Of a stretch of DNA of 64,000 bases, positions 10,001 to 23,164 are shown piece after piece. The notes below the pieces were generated by a model that did no database searches, was not told the origin of the DNA, and worked only from the letters and a program-made list of their open reading frames with translations. The translations under genes were made by a program, and so were the position numbers. The stretch is from NCBI RefSeq assembly GCF_006345805.1, contig NW_021833443.1:1-64000 (forward strand), read 5' to 3'. This DNA is from Octopus sinensis. Lineage: Eukaryota. Position 1 is the first letter of the stretch; each line of letters begins with the position of its first letter.

Positions 10001-13000
10001 AACATTCTGTGCAGCTTGTTGCTGTTGTGCAACTTGCTGCTGTTGTGCAACATTCTGTGCAGCTTGTTGCTGTTGCACATTTTGAGCTGCAGCTTGCTGC
10101 TGTGCAAAGTTCTGTGCCGCTTGCTGCTGTGCAACATTCTGCGCTGCAGCTTGCTGCTGTTGTGCAACATTCTGCGCTGCAGCTTGCTGCTGTTGTGCAA
10201 CATTTTGTGCAGCTTGTTGCTGTTGTGCAACATTTTGTGCAGCTTGCTGCTGTTGTGCAACATTCTGTGCTGCAGCTTGCTGCTGTTGTGCAACATTCTG
10301 TGCAGCTTGTTGCTGTTGTGCAACATTTTGTGCAGCTTGTTGCTGTTGTGCAATATTCTGTGCAGCTTGCTGTTGTGCAACATTCTGCGCTGCAGCTTGC
10401 TGTTGTGCAACATTCTGCGCCACAGCTTGCTGCTGTTGTGCAACATTCTGCGCTGCAGCTTGCTGTTGTGCAACATTCTGTGCCACAGCTTGCTGCTGTT
10501 GTGCAACATTTTGAATTGGTTGTTGTTGTAGAATATTCTTTGCAGCTTGTTGTTGTTGCTGCTGTGCATAGTTCCTGTCAAGGGCTGGGTTAGCGACATC
10601 ATCAACACCACCAAGTTTCTGGGAAGAAGGAAAAAAAAGAAAAATAAATAATAAAAAACAAAACAAAATAATAATAATAAAAAATGAGTAGGCACAAGAG
10701 TGGCTGTGTGGTAAGTAGCTTGCTAACCAACCACATGGTTCCGGGTTCAGTCCCACTGTGTGGTACCTTGGGCAAGTGTCTTCTGCTATAGCCTCAGGCC
10801 GACCAATGCCTTGTGAGTGGATTTGGTAGATGGAAACTGAAAGAAGCCTGTCGTATATATGTATATATATATATATATGCGTGTGTGTGTGTGTGTCTGT
10901 GTTTGTCCCCCCAACATCGCTTGACAACCAATGCTGGTATGTTTACGTCGCCGTTACTTAGCGGTTCGGCAAAAGAGACCGATAGAATAAGTACTAGGCT
11001 TACAAAAGAATAAGTCCCGGCGTCGATTTGCTCGACTAAAGGCGGTGCTCCAGCATGGCCGCAGTCAAATGACTGAAACAAGTAAAAGAGAGAGAGAGAG
11101 TAAAGAAATGTAAATGCCCCCAAAAATCTTCAGTCTAAATCAGTGGCCCTCAAATTGAGGCCATAAGGCGTCTGGGGGGTCTACTTAAGGTTTTGTTGCT
11201 ATAATTTAACCCTGTATCAAACGTAAAGCTTCTTTCTCCATATTATTCTGAATTAATTATGAATTGTTTTGTCGCTTTGAGATTTCAATGATGTGGTTGG
11301 AATGACATTGTAGGGTAAGTGTGAGAGGCCAGATCTGGCTGGTTTGAACAGAAAGCAGGGAGAATATTTGCGGTGTTATGGTTGGTTTAAATCCTAGAGG
11401 GTTAAATTGCTTGACAACCGATGCTGGTGTGTTTACGTCCCCGTCACTAAGCGGTTCGGCAAAAGAGACCGATAGAATAAGTACTGGGCTTACAAAAGAA
11501 TAAGTCCTGGGGTCGATTTGCTCGACTAAAGGCGGTGCTCCAGCATGGCCGCTTCCCAGCCACATGGTTCCGGGTTCAATCCCACTGTGTGGCACCTTGG
11601 GCAAGTGTCTTCTACTATAGTCTCAGGCAGGCCAAAGCCCTACTGATCGGATTTGATAGGCGGAAACTGAAAGAAGCCCATCATATATATATACATATAT
11701 ATTACGTAAAAAGCACCAACCGATCATGGCCTTTTGCCAGCCTTGCCTGGCACCTGTGCCAGTGGCACATAAAAAGCACTCATGGAGTGGTTGGCATTAG
11801 GAAGGGCATCCAGCTGTAGAAACACCTCCAGATTAGGCTGGAGTCTGGTGCAGCATCCTGGCTTTCCAGACCCCAGTTGAACCATCCACCCCATGCCAGC
11901 ATGGAAAACAGACATTAAACGATGATGATGATGATATACATGTGTGTGTGTGTATAAATATATATATATATTGCTATTTTAGCCACTGGTCATTTTCATA
12001 CTTACAGCCAACGAATCTAGTCAACGCACAAGACAGTCATTATGCTTACTCCCCACAAAATACCACCACGTGGACTCTATTGAGACTAGTAAGAAACAAT
12101 TATGAACTTTTTTATTACACTTAACTTTTTAAGATATTTTTGATAAGTTTCGTTTTTTCAAGAAGAACCGAAACATATAAACTCTCTAAGAAAATTAAAA
12201 TTTATCTTATATAGTGGCGTTTTTATAAATATATATATATATAGAAAGAGAGAGAGAGAGACCAACACGCATATATATATTATCACCGTGACCGACCAGG
12301 CTATCAGTGTTGTTACACATCGCTGGTCACAATGCGCTTCGCAATGTTTTAGCCTTCAAATGACACCACCCCACTGGCTAAGCGAGTAGGCCAACAGAAG
12401 AAAGAGTGAGAGAAAGTTGTGGCGAAAGAGTACAGCAGGGATCGCCACCAGCCCCTGCTGGAGCCTCGTGGAGCTTTTAGGTGTTTTAGCTCAATAAACA
12501 CTCACAACGCCCAGTCTGGGAATCAAAACCGCGATCCTACGACCACGAGTCTGCTGCCCTAACCACTGGGCCATTGTGCCTACATATATTATAAACACTT
12601 GCCAGCCCTGTCTGGCCCCCATGTCGGTGACATGTAAAAGCACCATCCGTTCATGTCCGTTGCCAGCCTCGCCTGGCCCCTGTGCTGGTGACATGTAAAA
12701 GCACCATCCGTTCGTGGCCGTTCGCCAGCTCTGTCTGGCACCTGTGCAGGTGGCACGTAAAAAACACCCACTACACTTGCGGAGTGGTTGGCGTTAGGAA
12801 GGGCATCCAGCCGTAGAAACACTGCCAGATCTGACTGGGCCTGACGAAGCCTTCCGGCTTCACAGACCCCAGTTGAACCGTCCAACCCATGCTAGCATGG
12901 AAAACGGATGCTAAATGATGATGATGATGATGATGAATGAAAAGAGAAATAGGATCAGAGTACCCACCTCCTTGTGCTCTTCTTCTCTGTGTTTCTTCAA

Positions 13001-15711
13001 CTCCTTCAGGAGCTCTCTCTGTTCTTCCAGAATCTTCTTCTGCTCCTGCTGTTGCTCCTCCAATTTGTGCAGCAACTCCGCCTGTTTCTTCTCACTCTCC
13101 TTACTTAACTCCTTGCCTCCACCACCACCACCACCACCACCACCACCACCTTGGTCGCCAACGCCAGCCGCAGCGCCAGCCGAGTTCTTGTCCGCTTTCT
13201 TCAAAGAGCCAACCGTTGGCTTCGGGTTAGCAGCAACGGAATCTTTGTTGTTGTGAGCTGGCTTCATATTTTCAACGCTTTCGTCATGGTCCTGAAAACA
13301 GATATAAAGAATGGAGATATATATAGAGAATACCAAACTCATTCCCTATGGATACTGTATTTATTACAACGAGTGGCTTGTAAACGTATCTAACTCGCTT
13401 TCGCTCGTTAGATATGTTTACAAGCCACGAGTTGTAATAAATACGGTATCCATAGGGAATGAGTTTGGTATTTTATTTATTACACACGAATAAACGACCA
13501 TATTTTATTAACCCAATAACTAAATTCTTCACGTTTAGTTGTAACTTATGAATGACAAAAGTAGTGCCGTCACCATGACCTCGGGTCATCACCATGAATT
13601 GACCAATCAGAAGCAGCGCTATCACCATGACCTCGGGTCATCACCATGGATTGATCAATCAGAAGCAGCGCTGTCACCGTGACCTCGGGTCATCACCATG
13701 GATTGACCAATCAGAAGCAGCACTCGCAGTATCTGACATATGTTAGATACCAAAAATATCTCAAAGTGTTCTCACTCACATGTGTGTAATAAATATATAT
13801 AATTAGGGTTCAGTAAAATAATTTACTTTACCACACACTGAACTTTTAGAAATAGCAGCCAAAAAATTTTAGCTATTTGCTCTACTATAATAAAAGTCTC
13901 CCAGACAATGTATACTCAAAAATAATCCACGCAGGTATAGAGGGAAAAATAAGGAAAGATCACACGTCCATCGATTACTTGAGAAGACCGTTTCTGGATT
14001 AGTTAGATATAGAGATGCTAGAAATACATACTCTTATCAACATTCCTGTCATCAGCCCAAGATTTCGTTAAGTTTAAATTTGAGAGCAGATATATATATA
14101 TGTGAACTGAGGGGGATTTGGCTGCTATTTCTACCATGTCTAGCTACCATGTAGAGGTCTCCCTCATTGGCTCATACATATATACATAGATAAGAGAGAA
14201 GGGTGTGATTAGAGGCAGATATGGCTGCTATTTTTAGCATCTCTAGCTACCATGTAGAGGTCTCCCTCATTGGCTCATACATACATATATACATAGATTA
14301 GTTAGTTAGTTAGTTAGTTAGTTAATTTTTGGCTCAAAAGCAAATAGCAAGGCCATGTAGGGGGACATGGAGTTATGTACAGGGAGGGTGGTCATGCAAA
14401 GAGTTCAGGCCATTTCTGGTCAAGAGAGACTTTGAACTGAGCGGTCGTCGGCATCTTCACTATCTCGTCTGGCAGCTTATTCCACGGATCCACAACCTGG
14501 ATGGAGAAAGCCCCTCTCCTTCGATTGAGATGAAATCGTCACAGATAGAGCTTTTCAGAGTGACCCCGCAGCCGACGCTCTGGAGCAGGAGTGAAGAACA
14601 GCTCTTTCAAGAGGTTACACTTTCCGCTTATGATGTTGTGAACGAGAATGAGATCTCCACGGCAGCGGCGTTTTTCTAGAGAATAAAGGTTGAGCGTCTT
14701 CAGCCTTTCTTCATAAGACAAATGCTTGAGACCAAGAACCATGCGGGTAGCCAGCTTCTGGACTCTTTCGAGATGATGTAAGTCTTTGAGGAGACAAGGA
14801 GAAGAGGCTTGAACCCCGTACTCCAATATGGGTCTCACCAGCGTGACATAGAGCGGTAGGAATATGGCTGCTGTGAGCATTCCGAATGATAAGAGAGAAG
14901 GGTGTGATTTGAGGGAAATTTGGCTGCTATTTCTAGCAGCTCTAGCTACCATGTAGAGGACTCCCTCACTGGCTCATACATACCTATATACATAGATAAG
15001 GGAGCAGGGTGTGATTTGAAGTACCAGTTGAATACTGGGGTCAAAGTTATCAACTAGCTTCTTTCCCTAAAACTCTCAGGCCTTAAGGAGTTTTAATTTC
15101 GATCACTTTAAAAGAAGGATATTTGCACCAGTGAACCACAAGCAGTCTTAAGTGAGTTGGTACCAAAAAGGCTTAAGGGGCAGAAAAAGGTGTAGGAGTC
15201 AAGATGAGTAAATAAATGACTGACCTGTATATCATCAGGGGGTTTCGGAACTGGGGGTTCGTGTCTGTGGGACTCCTTGTCTGTGGAAAGATAAAAGAAG
15301 AGATTACATTACATACATATAAAGCAGTGTTCAAAGAGAGACAGAAGACCATACATCTATTATCATCACCAGGAGTGGCTGTGTGGTAAGTAGTTTGCTG
15401 ACCAACCACATGGTTCCGGGTTCAGTCCCATTGCATGGCATCTTGGGCAAGTGTCTTCTGCTATAGCCTCGGGCCGACCAAAGCCTTGTGAGTGGATTTG
15501 GTAGACAGAAACTGCAAGAAGCCCGTCATATATATGTATATATATATAGGCGCAGGAGAGGCTGTGTGGTAAGTAGCTTGTTTACCAACCACATGGTTCC
15601 GGGTTCAGTCCCACTATGTGGTACCTTGGGCAAGTGTCTTCTATTATAGCCTCAGGCTGACCAAAGCCTTGTGAGTGAGTTTGGTGGACGGAAACTGAAA
15701 GGAGCCCATCG

Positions 15712-15766
<55 letters not shown>

Positions 15767-18700
15767 TTGTATATGTTTGTGTTTGTGTGTCTGTGTTTGT
15801 CACCCTAGCATTGCTTGGCAACCGATGCTGGTGTGTTTACGTCGCTGTCACTTAGCAGTTCAGCAAAAGCAACCGATAGAATAAGTACTGGGCTTACAAA
15901 GAATAAGTCCCGGGGTCGAGTTGGTCGATTAAAGGCGGTGCTCCAGCATGGCCGCAGTCAAATGACTGAAACAAGTAAAAGAGTAAAGAGTATCATCATT
16001 TTTATAATTATCATTATTATTATTATTATTAATGGCTTCCTAGACCCCAGTCGAACTGTCCAACCCATGCCAGCGTGGAAAACAATGATGATGATGATGA
16101 ATCCTTTCTACTATAGGCATAAGGCCTGAAATTTTGGGGGAGGGGGCTAGTTGATTACATCAGCCCCAGTGCTCAACTGGTAATTAATTTTGTTGACCTC
16201 AAAACGATGAAAGGCAAAGTCAGTCTCAGAGGAATTAAACTCTTTTACTTGTTTCAGTCATTTTGACTGTGGCCATGCTGGAGCACCACCCTTAGTCAAG
16301 CAAATCAACCTCAGGACTTATTCTTTGTAAGTACTTATTCTATCGGTCTCTTTTGCTGAACCGCTAAGTTTCGCGGACGTAAACACACCAGCATCAGTTG
16401 TCCAGCAATATCGGGGGGACAAACACAGACACACACACATATATATATGACGGGCTTCTTTCAGTTTCCGTCTACCAAATCCACTCACAAGACTTTGGTC
16501 GGCTCAAGGTTATAGTAGAAGACACTTGCCCATAAGTGGCTGTGTGGTAAGTAGCTTGCTTACCAACCACATGGTTCCGGGTTCAGTCCCACTGTGTGGC
16601 ATCTTGAGCAAGTGTCTTCGACTATAGCCTCGGGCCGACCAATGCCTTGTGAGTGGATTTGGTAGACGGAAACTGAAAGAAGCCTGTCGTATATATGTAT
16701 ATATATATATAAGTGTGTTTGTATATGTTTGTGTTTGTGTGTCTGTGTTTGTCACCCTAGCATTGCTTGGCAACCGATGCTGGTGTGATTACGTCCCCGT
16801 CACTTAGCAGTTCGGAAAAAGAGACCGATAGAATAAGTACTGGGCTTACAAAGAATAAGTCCCGGGGTCAATTTGCTCGACTAAAGGCGGTGCTCCAGCA
16901 TGGCCACAGTCAAAGGCGGTGCTCCAGCATGGCCACAAGTAAAAGAGTATTTAATGGGCTACAGCAAATATTCTGCTCAATACCACAGATTTGCTTGTCA
17001 GTTGTTTGACCTTAACCAGCTGAGCATGTCCCTTAGTGGCTGACGATATGTGCATCTCTGACCACGAGCAGAAGTAGTGGGGGAGCATCATGGCCATGTG
17101 TTGAGAGGGATTCTTTGGGGTTTGAATATTTCACCTCTGGAAACATGGGTGTTTTGTTCAACATCCTTAAACAACCCTTAATCAGGGACCTTTTGAGTGG
17201 GATGGGTTACCTGACCTGAAGAAAATTCTAACGGGGCCCCACCCGCAAGGTCATGCGCTGTTTATCTTGATATGAGATCACCATGTCGCGCACATATGGT
17301 TGTGATGCATGTGCCTGGTGTACCCTTATTAGACGGGTAGTCATGATGGGAATACTGGGCTTCGTATATTTTACCCCAGTGTCACTTTGATGACATGCAC
17401 TGCTCTCTCACTCAATAATAATAATAATAATAATAGGCAGTGGCTCTCATGGCTTCTGATCTTAACTGATTGGAAGTGTCAGCATGTACATTGTTTTGTC
17501 TTGGTATAAAAGATGGGTTTTACAGCAATTATTCTGCTCAATACCACAGATTTGCTTGTCAGTTGTTTGACCTTAACCAGTTGAGCATGTCCCTTAGTGA
17601 CTGACGATATGTGCATCTCTGATCATGAGCAGAAGTAGTGGGGGAGCATCATAGCCATGTGTTGAGAGGAATTCTTTGGGGTTTGAATAATTCACATTTG
17701 GAAACATGGGTGTTTTGTTCAACATCCTTAAACAACCCTTAATCAGGGACCTTTTGAGTGGAATGGGTTACTCGACCAGAAGAAAATTCTAACTGGGCCC
17801 CACCTGCAAGGTCATGCGCTGTTTATCTTGTTATGAGATTACCATGTCACGCACATATGGTTGTGATGCATGTGCCTAGTGTACCCTTATCAGACGGGTA
17901 GTCATGATGGGTATATTGGGCTTCGTATATTTTACCCCAGTGTCATTTTAATGGCATGCACTGCTCTCTCACTCAATAATGGTTTCAAATTTTGGCACAA
18001 GGCCAGCAACTTTGAGGTAGAGAGTAAGTCAATTACATTGACCTGGGACACTACTGGTACTTATTTTTTCAACGGCAAAGGGTCTTGGTGGGGGTTTGAA
18101 CTTAGAACGTAAAGGCTGATGAAATTCTAAAAAAGCACTTTGCCTGGTCTCCTTACAATTCTGCCAGCATACAGCCTTTTAGCTTGGAGAAATTATTACG
18201 CTACTTAGAAATAGGGGAGGGTTGATGACAGGGAAGGCATCCGGCTGTACAAAAACCACCTCAGTTACCTCCACCTGTCGCATGCAGGCATCGAAACACG
18301 GAAATGAAAACAACGACGATGGGGGATTATGATGATTTTATAATCAAGTGAAAGCCAACCTTTGTTCTTGTCTTTAGCAGGGTCCAGGTGGCCATCCCCC
18401 AAAAGAGCTTCGACCCCACCAACATGGTGGTTCAGTTTGTCAAGGACCGCGACATGATCATTGGCAGGGGCATGCTTGGCTGGAAAATAGAATTTGTGGG
18501 GTTTGTGAGTTGCTATGTTGTTGTTTAGCCACTGATCAGTAATAATATAGTAGACCTATGGTCAAAGATGGTCCACCTGTGACCACCCCATCTTTTATTC
18601 AGGCATAGTGTATCTAGGACTACATTATCTAATGTATAGTAGTTAGTATTAGTGGCTATTATTGTAGTTGTTCTTGTTTAGCCCCAGGTCAGTCCTGATC

Positions 18701-20106
18701 CAGACAGACCTATGATCAAAGATGTTCCAGCTGTGACCATCCCATCTTTCATTCAGGCATAGTCTACCTAGGACTACATTATCTAACGTATAGTATAATA
18801 GTTAGTATTAGTGGTTGTAGTTGTTGTTTAGCCCTAGGTCAGTCCTGATCCAGACAGACCTATGATCAAAGATGTTCCAGCTGTGACCATCCCATCTTTC
18901 ATTCAGGCATAGTCTACCTAGGACTACATTATCTAATGTATAGTATAATAGTTAGTATTAGTGGTTGTAGTTGTTGTTTAGCCCTAGGTCAGTCCTGATC
19001 CAGACAGACCTATGATCAAAGACGTTCCAGCTGTGACCATCCCATCTTTTATTCAGGCATAGTGTATCTAGGACTACATTATCTAATGTATAGTATAGCA
19101 GTTAGTATTATAATCTTGGAGATAATAATTTTGACTGGTAAAGCAAGCGGTGAACCTGTATTAATCCCTAGAATTCCACTTATTCCCTCAGATATGCCTT
19201 TCCAGTACAAGTGCCTGCAATTCCCTTTGAAACTGAGCTCTGCAAAGAGCATTAACAAGGACCAGGGGCAGTTCTTGGATGTGGTAGGTCTGAACCTTGC
19301 GGATCCAGTTTTCTCCCATGGCCAACTTTATGTGGGATGCTCAAGGGTCAGCAATCCAAATCATTTGTTTATTTCTGCCCCACAAGGAAAGACCAAAAAT
19401 GTTGTTTATCAAGAAGCTCTGCAAGCTTATTAAGATTCACCAGATCATCAGGTGTTTATTATTTACCTGTAATATTTGTAAGTGTTGTAAATGTATCAAT
19501 AATCTACATGTTATTTTTATTTTTGCAGGTGGCACATAAAAAGCACCATTTGGGCGTGGCCGTTGCCAGTACCACCAAACTGGCCCTCGTGCCAGTGGCA
19601 AGTAAAAAGCACCCACTACACTCTCGGAGTGATTGGCATTAGGAAGGGCATCCAGCTGTAGAAACTCTGCCAGATCAGATTAGAGTCTGGTTTGCCAGCC
19701 CTCAGTCAAAATCGTCCAACCCATGCTAGCATGGACAGCGGATGTTGAATGATGATGATGACGATGATGATGCAAATTTATTTGTATGTCTACTTTAAAA
19801 CTAAATGTCAGTCTGTTTCTATATTCATTGGAAATCTATTTCAACACTAGAGCCCCTGGGAACACACAAAGTCCTTTTCAGAGTTATTTACTTTGAATTG
19901 TTATTATCTCGTATCTGATTGTTATTACGTAACATGCTTCACAATTTTAGTACAAGTAGCTTGCTAACCAACCACATGGTTCCGGGTTCAGTCCCACTGC
20001 GTGGCATCTTGGGCAAGTGTCTTCTGCTATAGCCCCGGGCTGACCAATGCCTTGTGAGTGGATTTGGTAGACGGAAACTGAAAGAAGCCTGTCGTATATG
20101 TGTATG

Positions 20107-20137
<31 letters not shown>

Positions 20138-23130
20138 TTGTGTGTCTGTGTTTGTTCCCCTAGCATTGCTTGACAACCGATGCTGGTGTGTTTATGTCCC
20201 CGTCACTTAGCGGTTTGGCAAAAAGCGACCGATAGAATAAGTACTGGGCTTACAAAAAGAATAAGTCCCGGGGTCGAGTTGCTCGACTAAAGGCGGTGCT
20301 CCAGCATGGCCGCAGTCAAAATGACTGAAACAAGTAAAAGAGTAAAAAAAAAAGAGTAAAAGAGATACATTAGTAGTATTTCCTCCCAAGTTCAATATAC
20401 TCTGGGAATGCATTAAAGCCCTTATTATTATTAGGTAACTAATTTCCTGCTATTACATAACTGACTTCACAATTTAGGTATTCACAACTTATTGGGAATT
20501 CCTAAAACCAAGATCCTATGTAAGACAGTTGCGTATTCTCTGTAAATGCTCAAAGGGTTCCATACTTTGTATTGTTGTTATTGGATCAGTGAAACAATTA
20601 TGAAAATGGAACCAAGGGATGAACACCACTTTCCATGAATTACTGGGGAGGTCAGCTAGTGTATATATATATATATATATATATATACTATACTCCTGCG
20701 CCTATGATTATATATATTATGTGGTATGGCTTCAACATGTAGACAAGCATTCGATCAGCTAAGAGAGTTAAGATAATGCTGTAGTAAAAACCGCAAGTCT
20801 TGTTAGATGTAGCTACCTAGGGTTTCATGGGTGAAAGGTAAATAATTTATTTCACCATTTATCAAGCTAATAACAAAACTGTTTGTCAGTTGCCTTTTTA
20901 AGCAGATGATGTTTAAATAAGGGATGCTGATAAGGAAGAAGACAAAAAAGATAAACACAAGGGAGATAACCAACGTTACCACCAATGCCACCACCAGTTA
21001 CTGTGACTCGGTAAAGAGAGAGCCATATATGTTACCACTACCATCACTACCGCTTCAACCACTACCATCACTACCACCTCAACCACTACCATCACTACCA
21101 CCACAATTTTTGTAACCTGGTACTGAGAGTGAGAGAGACATAGATGTTACCCCTTTTCTTCCACTTTAATGCCAACCACCACCACCACCATCACCACCAC
21201 AGTTTTTGTGACCTGATAGAGAGAGAGAGAGAATCATAGGTGTTACCCCCCTTTCTCCCTCCTTAATACCAACACCACCACCTCAACCATCACCACCACC
21301 ACCACAGTTATTATGACCCAGCAAAAAAAAAGAGAGAGAGAGAGAGTTGTAGATTTTACCCCCAACCCAAGCCATTCTTCCTCCATAATGCCAAAATCTC
21401 CACCGCTGCCAACACCACCATCTAAGATGACCCCAAGAGTACTCACCTCCTTCCAAGATGTCCTGGACGGCATCTTTGGCGGCAATGTTGTCCTTCATGC
21501 GTTTCTCCTGTTGGTGCTCCACATGGTGGCTCTTGTCCTGGGAGTTGAGCGTCGTATATGTACTGGTCAGCAATATCAACACACCAACCACGAGGACAAA
21601 CTATAGAAACAGACGTCCAGTGAGTGAGAGAGAGAGAGAGTATTTCTTTATTCATCATAAGGTTGAGAAAAAGAGGGGACAAAACAAACGTTGGGGTCAG
21701 GGTATCGAATGAGACGAAACGTATGAATAAACAAACAATTAAAATATATACCTATTTCTTTATTACCCACAAGGGGCTAAACATAGAGGGGACAAACAAG
21801 GACAGACACAGGTATTAAGTCGATTACATCGACCCCAGTGCGTAACTGGTACTTAATTTATCGACCCCGAAAGGATGAAAGGTAAAGTCGACCTCGGCGG
21901 AATTTGAACTCATTACGTAACGGCAGACGAAATACCTATTTCTTTACTACCCACAAGGGGCTAAACATAGAGGGGACAAACAAGGACAGACATAGGTATT
22001 AAGTCGATTACATCGACCCCAGTGTGTAACTGGTACTTAATTTATCAACCTCAAAAGGATGAAAGGTAAAGTTGACCTCAGCGGAATTTGAACTCAGAAC
22101 ATAACGGCAGATGAAATACCTATTTCTTTACTACCCACAGGGGCTAACATAGAGGGGACAAAACAGAGACAGGCAGACATAGGTATTAATCATTACATCG
22201 ACCCCAGTGCGTAACTGGTACTTAATTTATCGACCCCGAAAGGATGAAAGGTAAAGTCGACCTCGGCGGAATTTGAACTCACAACATAACGGCAAACGAA
22301 ATACCGCTAAGCATTTCGCCCGGCGTGCTAACGATTCTGCCAGTTCACCGCCTTTTAAAATATATACGATTAAATGAGAATGAGTGAATAACAAAAAATG
22401 AAGCGGAGGACGCGGTCGACCCCACAAACCACAAACTCACACTGAAGACTTTGATTTCTCCTTTTCTACATTCTCGATTAAACAGATTCTTTCACTCGCA
22501 ACATACTTGCTATAGACTTCCATCTTTTACGAAACACACTTTGCGACAGGCATTTCTTCTCCAGCCTTATTTTCCGTTTCATGTGGAAAACGAAAAAGTC
22601 GATTAGCTCGAGACTGGAGATAAACATGCCTGTTGCAATTCCTTTTACTCTCGTCTTCCACACTACTTCTTTCGCCATAGCAACTACCGAGAGAAAACAG
22701 GCTCGCTCCTCCCTATTCAGGGAGGTCGGCAGAACTATCTTAATTACAAATTCACTCGACAGTTGTACTCTTCTCGAATGCGACAGCAGGTGTTCGACAT
22801 AAGCCCAGAGTTCAGTCACTTTAGGGCATTGCACAATTGCGTGCAAAGACAAACAGACAGACATCACTTATGTATAAATGAGTGGGGAATGATTAGCCAA
22901 AGAAATAAATATGAAATAACAAACAAATAAATTAAAAAAGAGTAAAGTCGTTAATAGGCACAGGTGTGGATGTGTGGTAAGTAGCTTGTTTACCAATCAC
23001 ATGGTTCCGGGTTCAGTCCCACTGCATGGCAGCTTGGGCAAGTGTCTTCTACTATAGTCTCAGGCCGACCAAAGCCTTGTGAGTGGATTTGGTAGATGGA
23101 AACTGAAAGAAGCCCGTCATATATATATAT

Positions 23131-23164
<34 letters not shown>

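Noticed and set aside
9661-10593. Long plus-strand ORFs (poly-Val/Ala/Leu) opposite exon 15
   Set aside because: They are the expected stop-free antisense frames of a CAG/CAA-rich coding repeat, with no independent coding signal.
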